DNA of 63,844 nt, the filler included, from Neolecta irregularis DAH-3 (Eukaryota): NCBI GenBank assembly GCA_001929475.1. It is 21 parts of 21 records of this genome, joined end to end, with 100 filler letters (N's around TTAATTAATTAA, not from the genome) between each part and the next. Parts side by side here need not be neighbours in the genome. Positions count along the whole stretch, not along the records: positions 1 to 1,540 come from LXFE01001248.1; positions 1,641 to 3,417 come from LXFE01001254.1; positions 3,518 to 6,102 come from LXFE01001255.1; positions 6,203 to 8,032 come from LXFE01001261.1; positions 8,133 to 9,193 come from LXFE01001262.1; positions 9,294 to 12,100 come from LXFE01001263.1; positions 12,201 to 15,642 come from LXFE01001266.1; 14 more parts are not named here. One strand, 5' to 3'. A program made the position numbers and the translations under genes. Shown piece by piece: positions 1 to 12,485 of the stretch; positions within the stretch are counted from its first letter, which is position 1; the number at the start of each line of letters is the position of its first letter. The notes beneath the pieces are model-generated. The model saw only the letters and a program-made list of their open reading frames with translations, ran no database searches and had not been told where the DNA came from.

Positions 1-66
1 AAGTTCAGTCACTTAGGCTAGTATAATAAACCTGGTCTTATTCGAACTCGAACTTCAACACTTACA
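1..66 (+). mobile_element. LTR-like repeat family A, 3' end
   Basis: Ends ...GGTCTTATTCGAACTCGAACTTCAACACTTACA. Related copies at 3609-3730(-), 15578-15642(-), 33913-33955(-) and 47879-48022(+) share a CA terminus. Confidence 0.65.
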
Positions 67-125
67 TAGTCAGTTCAAAGCCTAGCCTCCCCTAGTGGGA
101 AATTGGCCTACCTATATATTTGAAA
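67..125 (-). mobile_element. LTR-like repeat family B fragment
   Basis: Reverse complement reads TATATA...GGCTAGGCTTTGAACTGA, matching 12201-12266 and 63190-63260. Confidence 0.55.
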
Positions 126-1540
126 GAAAAAACATTCTTGCGCTCTCAATCATTGACTAGGAGGATTTCTCAAAGAGGAAATGGTGTCAGCGAATTCCCC
201 TAAACCTGGCGATTCCTGTGGTACCATGAACATTAAAGTATATTTGGTCTTTGTGCAGTAAGTGCGTTTTTATGTTTATGGAATCCACTTGGTGGGTTAG
301 CTTTCGGACTGCAGTAAAAATTTGGACTTCACCGGCGTGAACTTCAGCAATTTTTAGGAACACTTAATCAATCGTTCGTTCCATTACTGGGATGCTTGTA
401 TTCAGCATATTACACTTGGATAAAGATGCTGGCTGAATTCTATTTTATGGGATGATCCGGATGAAAGACATGTCTTCTGGCAAACATAAGCGAGTATCAT
501 TCCCGAATTTATGACGTTTTGTTTTCTGGCTGCAGTTTGTCGACTAGAAAAGCAAGATATGTCTGTCATACTCTTGGCCAACTTCCTTTTCTGGCGCCCA
601 TGTACTACAGTCACCAACATAACAAGACCTTCATCATCACCTCAACTCGTATATCCTATCCCAAATCATTATTGCCCACAGTCCTTATCTTTCATCTTCA
701 TCTGGATCCATGCCCCTTACAGTCCCTGAGTTCATCAAAAAATCGGAAAGAGGGAAAGTCTCATCCTATGCCAATCGTTTACCTTGGAGTATGCTCGATT
801 ATCGGGAGCATGCGGACGCCTGAGGAGTCACTAGATAACTTTTGGGAGTTGAGGATTTCCTGTCTCCCTTTTTATTGCTTATTTTAACTCTGCCGACGTA
901 GAGGAAAGCCTGCTCCGAGATGTATTGCTACCTACTTTCCGCTCTTTTAGCTAGAGGAATATAACCCGCCCCCGTCGTCTTTTCTCAGGATCCCAGCCTT
1001 TCAGACAGTAGCAACCTGCGTGTGTCACGTCTTCCCTACATTGGTTGCTCCTTAAAATCTACGTTTCATCTTCAATTGCTTTGCTATTTTCGCTACGTAC
1101 GCTTCTCCGACGAAGGTGGCCCCATGGAACCTTAGCGGACCCACCAATACCTAGCGGCACCTATAATTATCAGTCTCTTATCGTTTCGAGCGCACGTCCA
1201 TGCCTCTTGGCTGTTACCACCTGCGACAAGGGGATGAATTAGGACTAGTTTTTGGTCTAGAAGGGGGTCTCACGTATTAGGAGATCCCTGTAACACGAAA
1301 ATGATACAGATGAATGGACATTTCAGAAAATGAATAGTGTACCAGTGCAAAACAGCGGCAAGAATCGGTCATGTTATAAGGTTATCAAGATCTTCTGCTC
1401 CATGTAGATGAAAAATGAAAAATGAGTAATTAAGATGTACAATAAAGTCCAGAACTACAATAGCCCTTACAAACCATATTTCAACTTATTCTGGTCAACA
1501 TATGTATGACAAGCTAACCCGATTTCCCACACATTTCCAA

Positions 1541-1640
1541 NNNNNNNNNNNNNNNNNNNNNNNNNNNNNNNNNNNNNNNNNNNNTTAATTAATTAANNNN
1601 NNNNNNNNNNNNNNNNNNNNNNNNNNNNNNNNNNNNNNNN
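1541..1640. other. Artificial contig spacer (N44-TTAATTAATTAA-N44). 20 copies start at 1541, 3418, 6103, 8033, 9194, 12101, 15643, 19245, 25865, 28751, 34302, 37932, 41776, 44044, 46317, 47583, 55028, 56533, 59259, 61297
   Basis: Identical 100-nt block containing a six-frame stop linker; genes are truncated at these points. Confidence 0.98.
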
Positions 1641-2224
1641 TCGCTTATTCTCTTTTGCGCTCGCCACTCAGTTTCTCCCCGTCTACTCCGCTTCCTGCCA
1701 GAGCCGCTGGTGCCCGCTGACCGCTGCGCCTCCATGCGTGCCCCGCCGGGCAACGTCGCGCTCGACCACCACAGCTGCTGCTCTACGTCCTCGACCTGCT
1801 CCCCCATCTCCGCCTCCAAGGCCGATGCCGCTACACTCTGTATCGATATCGTGGATATGGATGCGGCTACTGAGATGGCTACCTATACAGACATCACTCC
1901 TACTGACACAGACACAGACATCAGCAAAAACGCCACCGGCGACGGCTCGCCCTACGACATCCACAGACCATCCAGCGCGCTGCTCCCCTCTGCCCCTCAC
2001 CCATTCCCCGCCCCCCAGAAGCTATCGCCGTCTCCAATCTAACGCGGTATTCCCTTGACGAAAAAAATAATGTTCCGCTCCGGTCTGCGCGCTGTCATAA
2101 ACCCTGATCCCGGACGCCTCGTCCCCCCCCAGTGCCACACCCCCCTCTCCCTGTTATCCAGCTCCTCGACAAACCCGGCGGCTGGTTTCGCAGAAAGAGA
2201 AGTGAGAGTGGCAACTTCAATTCC

Positions 2225-2500
2225 GCCACGCCCGTCCCGCGTGTTCCGTCCCTCCTTGCCTCTCCCGCCTTACCTGTCCCGAGTGTCCCTCCCGCCTCAC
2301 CTGTCCCGCGCGTCCCTCCCGCCTCGCCCGTCCCCCTCATCCCTCCCGCCTCACCCATCCCACGCATCTCTCCCGCCTCTCCGGCTCCGCTCACCACTCC
2401 CTGCTCGCCCGTCCCGCACGTCCTGTCCCACCTCGCCCATCCCATCCCATGCGTCCGTCCTACCTCGCCAGTCCAGCCTGTCTGTCCCACCTCACCTGTC
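2225..2500 (+). repeat. Pyrimidine-rich CCTCGCCYGTCCCGC-type degenerate array (interior of a dispersed repeat family)
   Basis: The same motif array recurs at ~10610-10790, 51260-51415, 54690-54970(-) and 59740-60490. Confidence 0.8.
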
Positions 2501-2725
2501 TCACACACGGACTTTGGTCCATCCCCAACACTGTCTCTGGCAAGATATGATGCTGGTGAACCCTCAGTCACATCTGTGGATTAAGTCTGCATCAGCATGG
2601 TCCCCGTCTTGCAAATACTGATTTATCCTTGCTTTTTAAAATATTCCCGCCCTGTTAATAAAATACACTGTGTCTATATTGCTATGCATGTTGGCTCTAC
2701 ATGGCTTTGGCTTCAGGTGCCTGAC

Positions 2726-2921
2726 CAGTGTTGGAGGTGGGCTATGCCACTGCCTTGTGGCATGGTGCAAATTTCTATCAGAGATTGTTCATAACGGGGA
2801 AAATCCCTACTATAATATCACGTGATACAGTACATCCGGTCCATTGACCAGATGGACTGGACTTTTTCCCCAATCCAGTCCATGGATAAAGTCCATGGTC
2901 CATCCGCAGACCGCAACACTG
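2726..2921. mobile_element. MITE-like element with CAGTGTTG...CAACACTG ends (hAT-like)
   Basis: 8-bp terminal inverted repeat; the same terminal motif occurs at 8137, 10533, 43192 and 51122 and inverted at 48475; no clear TSD. Confidence 0.5.
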
Positions 2922-2976
2922 ACTTGTAGAAACTAAACTGATATTTCCACGCTCAAATTCTATTGTCTACCCTATC

Positions 2977-3417
2977 ATCTATTCTGGGATATAGTTGGGA
3001 TATGTCCCTCGCACCACTTTCGGATTACAAGTGGATTGTTGTATCGCTTGAAATTAGATCAGGTTGCAGATGAATATACCTTGTTCCCTGCAATATTTTG
3101 AAGTTGCCTTTTGACCTTCTCTAACGCAAGGGAATCATTTCCCGTGAGGGATTCATGAGTGGGTTTGAGCTTGGAGGTCAGATTGACATCAAAGGATAGG
3201 TTAGATACAAAAGCTGTCAAGGAACATTCTGCTACCTGTCGTCTTATAGAAATTGCTTCTGGGGTTTGAGAAGGCTCATCCGGGCCCTGTCTGTTCACCC
3301 ATTTCCCGGTATTTATAAGGCTAATTATTCCCTCAAAATTGGGGCTATAGGCGAATTGATTATTGTCGGGAATTTTCTCATAAACCCAATCTGAAATGAC
3401 AGACAGGTCGATATGTC
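2977..3417 (-). CDS. Hypothetical protein, 3' fragment (5' end lost at contig end)
   Basis: Open frame from the contig edge (HIDLSVISDWVYEK...NIAGNK), then a probable short GT-AG intron and a last exon; no family recognised. Confidence 0.4.
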
Positions 3418-3608
3418 NNNNNNNNNNNNNNNNNNNNNNNNNNNNNNNNNNNNNNNNNNNNTTAATTAATTAANNNNNNNNNNNNNNNNNNNNNNNNNNN
3501 NNNNNNNNNNNNNNNNNCCAGGTTCTTGATTTCTGTTGAAATATCTGACTTAATACTGGTCATTTCAACAGTTCGGCGTTCCTCAACGGTAGTCGATTCG
3601 AAAAAAAA

Positions 3609-3730
3609 TGCAAGTGTTGAGCTCGAGTTCGAATAAGACCAGGATTATTATACTAGCCTGACTGACTGAACTTGGCTAGGTAATGAACGCCTATCTACTT
3701 TATATAATACAAATTAAATTGCCGCAATAT
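3609..3730 (-). mobile_element. LTR-like family A remnant
   Basis: TGCAAGTGTTGAGCTCGAGTTCGAATAAGACCAGG...CTAGCC is the reverse complement of 1-66; TATA-like motif within. Confidence 0.65.
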
Positions 3731-4482
3731 TATTGCAAGCCTTCCTTCCGTAGTAGTAAGCGTGTGCCATAAGTTAAATACGAAAGCATTCCTGTATGCA
3801 AAACATGGGGCCACTGGAGAAGAATAGAACATGGACGAGCACAGTGGGAAAACTTGTGAAACCTAGAGATATATCCAACCTTTTGTATATGTACAAAGGC
3901 ATTTGATACTTGTATGAACTATATGAATGCGGAACCAATCGTAGAGTAGTACACTATCACAGACAATCTCCGTTTCTGTGTTAATTCAGTCTTAATGGAA
4001 TAGCTGCATGGATGATTGAGCACAATATGGACCAATCCGTGGCACAGGCGAGTGGCTATAGCAGACTGAAAAGCAGGATCATGCGCTATAGTCCTGCGAA
4101 CTAATCTTGTTCTGATTAATCCGTGTTGCTGATAAGGGTTGGCGCAATCTGCATTGGAGCTAACAGGAACTAAATGTGGGATTCGAGTCTTGCTGATGGA
4201 TACAGGATTGCTCTGTAGAAATGGGTGATCTGTATATGCATTCCCTACGCAAATACATGAAGAATGCTTACTACATGGTCATGTATCGGGACAAATTAAG
4301 ACAGGCGAGGGGTGTGACTTTCACATGCCAGCAGTAGGTGACGACATGCATTGCGCCGCCTTATAATCCGCCGGCAGCCTCAACTCTTCTGCATCACTTT
4401 CCCCTCTCCTCCCAAGTTCTCGCTACCTCTCTGTCTCCGTATACTGCTTCTGCTGTCTGCTTCCCTTGCTCATATTTCCAGA

Positions 4483-5496
4483 ATGCCCCAACCAACTCCT
4501 GTACATCAGACGACCTGCAAGGAGCCTCTGCAGCGACAGTATCTTGTACTGTCCAGGCTGCAGACATATCCGCTCGTCCAGGACAGCTACAGAGTTTTCA
4601 ACTCATACACGCTTGGTAAGAAGGCTACAGACACTGTCAAATCCATCTCGGAGGCTGCAAAACCTTATCTCGATAAGACCAAGCCATTGCTTGAGAGAGC
4701 AGAGCCCTATCTGCTCAAGGCTGACGCCATTGCTTGTGCCCGACTCCACGATGCTGAGCAGAGATGGCCCATCATTAAGGCTCCATCCCATGAAATTTAC
4801 GAAAAGACTACCAACCCACTTGCCCAGCCATTGGCAACCGTGAAAGCTACGGTAAATGTTTACACCGATGCTGCGAAGAAAAACGTCTGCGAAAGAAAGC
4901 AAAAGTATGACCCTCTCATCAAGAAACGGATCGATCCCTATGCCAACCCATTCATTGATAGACTGGAAAATGTCATTACTCATTATATCACTGGCCTCGA
5001 TGCTCCTCCTTCCCAGAAACCCGAGTTCCACGGCAATTCTATCGACCGAATGCTGCTGATCGCGAATTCTACCTATAACGTCCTTAAACCCAGAGTCATG
5101 GAATTCCCTAAAGTCTTTGACTTTAGAACGGGAAACTGGACTAAGGGCGAAACCTACAAAACCACGATTTACAGTCCTCTCGGAAACCTCTACAAGTTCA
5201 TCACTACCCAAGCGCATGATGAGAAAGATCACGTTATTAAAACTTTCAATGAACAGAAGAATGAAGACTCCTACAAAGGTCAGCTACATGCTGCTCTCAA
5301 TACTGCAAAGATTGTCTCGGGAGAAATCTACAACACTGCACTCAACCACCACAACAAGAATAACACCGGCACTGAGTTCCATGAAAAGAATGAAAGAGTT
5401 ATCACTCGTTCAGAGAAACATAAGCAGCAGCAGCAGCAGAGGAAACAAAGTCGTAAAGCTGTGCATGATACGCAGTATCCCTCTGTGGAATTGTGA
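4483..5496 (+). CDS. Perilipin-like lipid droplet protein (CAP20/Pet10 type)
   Basis: Intronless ORF; N-terminal LSRLQTYPLVQDS...PYLLKADAIA..LHDAEQRWPIIK is typical of the fungal CAP20/perilipin family. Confidence 0.8.
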   Translation: MPQPTPVHQTTCKEPLQRQYLVLSRLQTYPLVQDSYRVFNSYTLGKKATDTVKSISEAAKPYLDKTKPLLERAEPYLLKADAIACARLHDAEQRWPIIKAPSHEIYEKTTNPLAQPLATVKATVNVYTDAAKKNVCERKQKYDPLIKKRIDPYANPFIDRLENVITHYITGLDAPPSQKPEFHGNSIDRMLLIANSTYNVLKPRVMEFPKVFDFRTGNWTKGETYKTTIYSPLGNLYKFITTQAHDEKDHVIKTFNEQKNEDSYKGQLHAALNTAKIVSGEIYNTALNHHNKNNTGTEFHEKNERVITRSEKHKQQQQQRKQSRKAVHDTQYPSVEL

Positions 5497-5649
5497 GGTG
5501 AAAAGCACTTTCGGATCTATCGCAATTATATATACATGTTATAGTCCCTTGTCTATTGAATGTATTTCTGTTTTTCCTACTTGTCTTGATAGACGTTGGC
5601 TGTTCTATGAAAGGGCATGCACTGTTCTATCAATTATTTGAGAAACTAA

Positions 5650-5884
5650 ATATCCCCTGATTCTTCCAATCTATGATCTGGACTGGAAAAAATGGTGTTG
5701 ACTGTTCCATCATGGCAATGTGGACTTTTCTGAGGGTCCGGCCTGGCCCATGGGCTTTTTCATGGACCGGCCCATGGGCCAGGCCGGTCCTAACATGTGA
5801 CAACCGTTTTAGGTGGTGGTGTACAGATGGGCAGAGAAGCAGGAATATGTTAAAAAGCAAGTTTAAATTACTATATTATGTATA
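5650..5884. mobile_element. Fragment of the GGCCCATGGG-rich non-autonomous repeat family
   Basis: Matches the reverse complement of ~10810-10990 and the forward strand of 54605-54645. Confidence 0.7.
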
Positions 5885-6102
5885 ACGTGGTTTATGGGGC
5901 TTTGGGTCACGTCCCGCCGTCCTCCACCTTCGCCACGCGTTCGCAGCAACAATGGGTTATAATAAGACCTATAATCATACGGATCGTGAAATTCAACTCC
6001 AAAAGGCTATTACTGCATTTCGCGAAGAGCAGTTTTCTTCTATTCGTGCTACTGCCCGCCACTTCGAAGTTTCCTATACGACAATGACTCGCCGGCTCAA
6101 CG
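5885..6102 (+). mobile_element. pogo/Fot1-type DNA transposon left end with transposase N-terminus (CDS from 5952, truncated)
   Basis: TA followed by an ACGT terminus; ORF EIQLQKAITAFREEQFSSIRATARHFEVSYTTMTRRLN is a psq-type HTH of Fot1/pogo transposases. Confidence 0.8.
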
Positions 6103-6359
6103 NNNNNNNNNNNNNNNNNNNNNNNNNNNNNNNNNNNNNNNNNNNNTTAATTAATTAANNNNNNNNNNNNNNNNNNNNNNNNNNNNNNNNNNNNNNNNNN
6201 NNATTAATTGAACTCTGACCGTCATTTAAACAGCAAAATGTAATTTCGGGAAGGAAACTTACGAGGTAAACGTACCTCAAACGTGATTTTAATAACCAAC
6301 CTCCAAATATTACCCCATCCCAATTATAAAACCACTCACTAACCACTTACTCAATTCCT

Positions 6360-7761
6360 ATGGCACCATTACCAGCGGAGACTCAGTCTCAAGACAATTT
6401 GCAGTTGGCTCGTTCTACTGATATTCGTATAGTTAGCGCAGCAGGCGATAGAAAGCAGTGGACAGTTTCTCTATCATCTGATATGACCAATGTTTTGCAC
6501 ATAAAACAGCGAATCTCAGAGTTGGAGGACAACCATCCTGAGCCAGGCGCTCAAAAATTAATACATATGGGAAAAATCCTGCAGGATGAGGATGAACTGG
6601 AGGAAATATTCAACAGGAGGGTACCGATAACTCCTTCCAGTGGTATTTCGTACTGATATTCAAGCATACAACAACTCGGAATCCCACTTTCTTCCTTATC
6701 ATTAGGCCCATAGCACATACCGAGAATATCGGATTCGCTTCGAAATCATCTGAATTATCGCAAGAGTCAAATCAGACTATCGCTCATTCGACATCTGCGG
6801 AAACCTCCACAGCAAACCACAGCGAAGCTTTCTCATCCTCAACTCTTTCCCATATAGAAACAGCGGGCGCACTTCGTTCTCGTATTGTTCCGGCTGGTCC
6901 AGTCGTTGTAACGCGATCATCGACCGGAGGTTTACTTTCTCCGGTAATACCGCCCGGATCCATGGATACTGTGACTCCGACTCCAACCTCCAGTGATGTG
7001 CCGCTTGGATCTACAGTTGATATCCCGCAGATTGTCCATTTGCCGGTTTACTATCAGGTCGTGTTGATCAAGTATGTTTTCCTCTTTTTCAAGCTTCATA
7101 TTTAACCTGCAATTATAGCAATGAGCCCCATCTTATTCATATCCCTGCAAATCCAACCAACACCCTTGAAACACGGACAACGAATACTATCACTCAGTCG
7201 TTTGTCATTCAAGGTAATATAGTTCAGCCCCTGCCCGCGCAGCCCATTATTGCTTTGCCGCCATTGGCACAGCAGAATATTCACGCTCATGCGCAAGCAC
7301 CACCGGTTCAAGATCCCTTACAAGCTCAGGCAAGAGTGTATAGGCTGCGTATCAGAATGCGCGAGGTGTGGCTCTTTGTGCGATTAGCTTTCATGGTGGG
7401 ATTGTTTTCTAGCGGCAATTTTAGCTGGCCTAGATTTCTCATGTTAAACTTCATTGCGACTATGATCTTTGGTAAGAAATTACTTGTGTCTCTATGCTCA
7501 ACTATGACAGTTTACCAGACGGGTCGAGCAAATGGCGCGCGAAATGTTTTCAACCTTCAACAAGGAAGAGCACAAAATCGTGATGTCGTAAACAACCAAG
7601 ATCCGGGTGCTGGCCGGGGCGTCAATCTATTGCATACCGTTCAGGAAGCTTTAGTTATGTTTCTTACAAGTCTCGTTCCTTCCGAAGCAGATCATCGAAA
7701 TCGACGGGAAAATAATAATAACCAGCAACCAATGGATGCTGGTATTCTTCCTGTGGTTTGA
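6360..7761 (+). CDS. ERAD ubiquitin-like-domain membrane protein (Usa1/HERP-like), spliced
   Basis: N-terminal UBL (QKLIHMGKILQD), C-terminal hydrophobic WLFVRLAFMVGLFS..SWPRF and MFLTSLVP motif; about 3 short introns. Confidence 0.75.
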
Positions 7762-8136
7762 AGTTGTGTTGATACCATCCACCCGTTTTCAATGAATGTT
7801 TTGTGAGGTTCATGGTGGAGTTGGTCGTTCTTTCCTTCTTTATTTATTGATATACCACTGATGTTTGCTTGATTCTATTTGTTGGATGTTGAAGTCTTGT
7901 CTCAATATACTCTTCATATTCTTCAGGACGCTCACATTCTTCTACAGCAGGTCATTCAGCTTAGTCTCGTTCCTGATTAAAAGCTGTTCTCCTTACTCTA
8001 ATGCTAAAACAAGGGTTTCGTATTGTTGATGCNNNNNNNNNNNNNNNNNNNNNNNNNNNNNNNNNNNNNNNNNNNNTTAATTAATTAANNNNNNNNNNNN
8101 NNNNNNNNNNNNNNNNNNNNNNNNNNNNNNNNAGGA

Positions 8137-8416
8137 CAGTGTTGTGGATGGACCTAACCCTAAACCCTAATGGGTATTTAGGTAGGCCCTGGCATGCTAA
8201 TCGCGACAGGCTATTCGCTAACAACTACTCTACGAGATATACTGTTGGGTCTTATGCGGCCCATTGGAGGAAAGCAACAGGTTGGACCAGTTCGGTTTGG
8301 GGCGGCAATACCGAATAGGAAAGTTACGGAACACGGAAAGGACGGAATGGGCAGGGACAATGTGCCGTGGTTTGAAGGGTATTTAATGAGGGCCGAGCGC
8401 ACTAGGCCTACCACTG
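8137..8416. mobile_element. CAGTG...CACTG-delimited MITE-like element
   Basis: Starts CAGTGTTGTGGATGG (identical to 43192) and ends CCACTG. Confidence 0.5.
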
Positions 8417-8611
8417 TATAATCATAATACAATAATTATTATCAACAAGTGACCACTCATCATAATCATACTACGCGAGACTTCACCGGAGTGGCATAAT
8501 AACAAGACTTACTACTCACGTATACGACTAAGGACCTCACAGAGCAAAAGACAGTCCGCAGTTTAGTACTCATCTATACGTCGTATCGCCATATCTTCAT
8601 TTAGATCTGAG

Positions 8612-10585
8612 ATGGAAACACCTCAAATGGGTGGGTTTCCAAATTATATGAGATCGAGACGATCGCATTCCTTCTATTCGGAAAGGTTAGACCGCTCTAT
8701 CGATCATTTGGCTGCAATTTCATCCCTCGATTACATCTTCCTTTGGAGTATAATATGTATATTTATCAGCGCAATATTCGGATTGTTCCAAAAGAAGTTC
8801 ATACCGAGAAAGTATTGGGATATTTCAAATATTCTGTAATTTCGATTCTCGTTTGGCAATGGTAACAACTCAGGCTCTCATTGTCGTTTTTCTTGATCAT
8901 TACGGACTTTTACAACTGTCTTGCCGTCATTGGGTTTTCAATGTTATCAACATATACGATCTGTAACATATTCAAAGGGAAAAGTATGCCTTGGGTCAAC
9001 TTTTGGTTTCAGAATGCCTTGCTCGGGTATTTGTATGAGGACCTGTCCAGTGAATCCAGTTGACTCGTTAGCTACTATAAAGACTACATGGGACAGAATA
9101 TAATTTATATTAAACTGCTCATGGTTTCATATCAGCGAATGAACATGTTTGCATGGAATGTTCACGACGGTCGTCGGCCGGCAAAGGTTCGGTNNNNNNN
9201 NNNNNNNNNNNNNNNNNNNNNNNNNNNNNNNNNNNNNTTAATTAATTAANNNNNNNNNNNNNNNNNNNNNNNNNNNNNNNNNNNNNNNNNNNNGAATGAA
9301 CATGTTTGCATGGAATGTTCACGACGGTCGTCGGCCGGCAAAGGTTCGGTTGAATGTTTCGTGAAGCAATTTATAACTTTACAGGAACTAATTCTATATC
9401 ACAAAGAACACGCAATCCAGATTCCGAGTGCCATGAACTTTCTTGGATGGGCAATGTGTCCGCAAGGATTGATGCACAGGAGTCCTGCTTTCGAGTACGC
9501 GATATATCAAAATTGGAAAACTCAAAGTACCCCTTCAACCGTTTGGATAACACTTCGAAAACTGGCTTGTGCAGTTTTCTTTTTCGTGATTTGGTACAAG
9601 CTTTGCAATGAATACAGACCATCTCTACAACTCGGAGACAAATACGCACAGCATTCCTTTCTGCTACGGTAATCATTAACTCTTTTTCACGATTGATTGT
9701 GAAGAATTATTATCCAAATGATAATCGCCGAAGTTATGGTCTGGGAGAGATTCTATTTGGGTCTTCTCAATGAATCAGCTTTGGTTTCGAATGGCCTCTC
9801 ATATCGAATCCACCCAGATGGCTCATATGACTGGAACAGGATTGTCATAGGTGAATTTGGGCGTCTGCATACTTTCGATAATATATCGGAGTTCTGGCAA
9901 TGTTGGAATTCGGCGACTCATCGATATCTCAAATACTACATTTACACCCGCGTGACACCCTGGAAGAAACCAGGCGTCGAGGCTTTATGCGCGACCTACA
10001 TCGCTAGCGCCGCATGGCATGGTACTAATACTGGATCTTTCATCATGTTTGCTACTATTGCATCGATGCAATGGCTTACTAGGAGTAAGTGTCTGATCCT
10101 TTTCGTTTTGTGACTTTACAGGGTGTCGAGAGTGTATCCGGCCGTTCTTTTTGAACAAGGATGGATCTGCGAAGAAGTCAATGATGATCTACACCGGCCT
10201 CTGTAGATTGAATCTGCAGATATTAATAGCTTATGTAACTGGGCCATTTCACCTGATCTACTGGCGGGCCATCGTGATAGCCTTGGGACGGATTTTCGTA
10301 GGCTGCAATTGTGGTTTGAAACTGATGGTTTAGTACATTGGCCATGTCATGACAATTATGGCATATGCCTTCTTTGCAGTGTTTGGGAAAGCCTTGAAGA
10401 GACATCATGAGAGGCAGGGGAAGATTTTTGCAAAGGTCCGAGACAAGGATCTAGTTGCAAAGGTTGTTACAGAAGACAGCATTCCTAACCGACTGGACCA
10501 AGCCACCAGTCTGATCTGGTCTGGTCTATTGGCAGTGTTGGCAGTGTTATTGGGGACGGGCCATGGGCCGAAACTGATTAGATAA
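8612..10585 (+). CDS. MBOAT lysophospholipid acyltransferase (Ale1-like), spliced, split over two overlapping contigs
   Basis: WNSATHRYLKYYIYTR and SAAWHG (catalytic His) motifs, FAWNVHDG motif; 9137-9193 is identical to 9294-9350 across the spacer. Confidence 0.85.
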
Positions 10586-10990
10586 TACTATTTAGGGCAG
10601 CCCTTCCCCCTCTCTCTCATCCCGATCCGTGTTCCTACCGGCTTGCCTGCCCGTCTCGCCTGCCTCTCCCATCTCTCGGGCACCTCTCCCACCTCGCGTG
10701 CCCGTCTAACGCTCCTGTCTTGTGCGCCCCTTTGGCCTGTTTGACCCACCCATCTTGCCCACCCACCTGTCAGTTCCCTTCTTGCCAATATTTAGATAGA
10801 TATAAAGAATTATATACATAATATAGCAATTTATACTAGCAATTTAACATATTCCTGCCTTGCCCATCTCTGCTCTGCATGCCACCACCCAAAATGGTTG
10901 CCACATGTTAGGCCAAAGCCCATGGGCCAGGCCGGACCCTCAGAAAAGCCCATTGACAAGAGAGTCGAAAATGGATGATGGGAGTCAAAT
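10477..10990. mobile_element. Non-autonomous TIR element (same family as 54456-54999)
   Basis: Terminus CAGCATTCCTAACCGACTGGAC matches the reverse complement of 54978-54999; interior matches 54605-54970 and 5650-5884. Confidence 0.7.
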
Positions 10991-11082
10991 TTATTGTTGA
11001 ACAGGGACGATACGAATGCAATAAGAAGAAACAAAATTGATTGTAGTATCTTATGCATAGTTGAAATCTACCTTTTTATCTT

Positions 11083-12100
11083 TTAGGCATTCATTATCCA
11101 GTGTAACATTTTACCGAAAACACCCCTTACTTTTCGACCTTTTCCGTCTATTAACGATCGAATGATCACACCGGTGCTTAATCCAAATATGACTGTTTCG
11201 ATGATACGTTGTTGCTTCAATGATTTGGGCAATACTACCGTTAAGGCTTTCGGTACGACTTGACATTAATGGCAGTAGAATGTAAAGAAATACCGAACAA
11301 AGCGAGTTCACCTCTTCTTTTGGGGGTTTCTATTAATATGCTCCATCCAGATAAAAAAGACCCAATCGATGGACCTATTAATAATCAGTAGTGGACTGAT
11401 TTCCTAGCAGTGGCTTACCAATCATTCCATCATACCTATTTCGGTTGACATTAGGAAATAGTTTGGGACCGATAATTGAGCGTGTTGCACAAATACCCAC
11501 CCTAAGATTTTATTGGTATAAAGACAGAAGAGGATCCTATACCACCCATTTGTGATAAAAGTGGCAAGAAAGGCAGAAGATCGTATGGCGGACGTCAATG
11601 CTCTCTTAAAGTTTTTCGTGGTTGGATCCCGTAGGGCAAGCATAAGGGAAAGGGGAACATAAATCTACGTGTCAGATAAAGCAAAGGGTAGGAATCACGG
11701 ATACCGCTATGGAGGACTCGAATCCTTTTAGCCACCGATAAGCAATATGTACTTTGCAAGAACCGGAAATATTAGAGTGGATAACTTGACACGGCAAGAA
11801 GTCATTTTCTTCAATGCTCCCCATCTTTGGATCAAGACCCAAATCAAAAGCCAAGTCTTCAAATGACCGATCGCTCGACGGTTGACCAAATTGTATCTTC
11901 TTATCATGAAGCTTCTTGAACATGACTACGATTCTTTTGTCAAGAGTACTCATTTTATTAATCCACGAATTGTAAGACGGAGAAAGTTTCTCTGGCGAAT
12001 AGAAGTACGCATACATAATAATGCTACAAGCGAATACAAATACCAGGGTGTCGTTGAGATGAAACAACACGTCGATTGCTCTGACCAAGGTAAATAGAGT
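11083..12100 (-). CDS. TMEM135/peroxisomal membrane protein-like, spliced, 5' truncated
   Basis: Motifs FVFACSIIMYAYFYSPEKLSPSYNSWI, PCQVIH, RSSAFLATF, ETPKRRGELALF. Confidence 0.8.
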
Positions 12101-12200
12101 NNNNNNNNNNNNNNNNNNNNNNNNNNNNNNNNNNNNNNNNNNNNTTAATTAATTAANNNNNNNNNNNNNNNNNNNNNNNNNNNNNNNNNNNNNNNNNNNN

Positions 12201-12266
12201 GCCCAGCCAGATTAGCTGGCTAGGCTTTGACCTGATATTCAATATACGTAGTTACTCTCTTTAACA
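12201..12266 (+). mobile_element. LTR-like family B 3' end
   Basis: GGCTAGGCTTTGACCTGATATTCAATATACGTAG...ACA; similar to 63225-63260. Confidence 0.55.
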
Positions 12267-12485
12267 GTATCTACAGCAGCATATCCAACCTAAGACCACA
12301 TCAGCGCTCAACCTAAGGTCGCGGCTGACAACAGAACCCTGGTTGTACCCTTTTTAACCAAGTTGATTTTTCTCCCTCAGAGCGATCAGGGCATGTCCAC
12401 AGGTTGCTTTTGGAACCATATGCTCTCGCGTATCTCTAGATAAGATCACATTGGACAATGTCCTTTTTAGTTATTACAGCTTTCT

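Noticed and set aside
67..87. Tf1-like self-priming PBS after the LTR end
   Set aside because: Better explained as an antisense fragment of LTR-like family B, which continues to a TATA motif
1585..1596. Recurrent TTAATTAATTAA between N runs as a biological repeat
   Set aside because: Constant 100-nt artificial contig linker
4603..5232. 209-aa antisense ORF, and similar antisense ORFs over GC-rich genes
   Set aside because: Shadow ORFs of genuine opposite-strand genes
8152..8170. Telomere-like CCTAACCCTAAACCCTAA
   Set aside because: Only about 3 degenerate units, inside a MITE-like element
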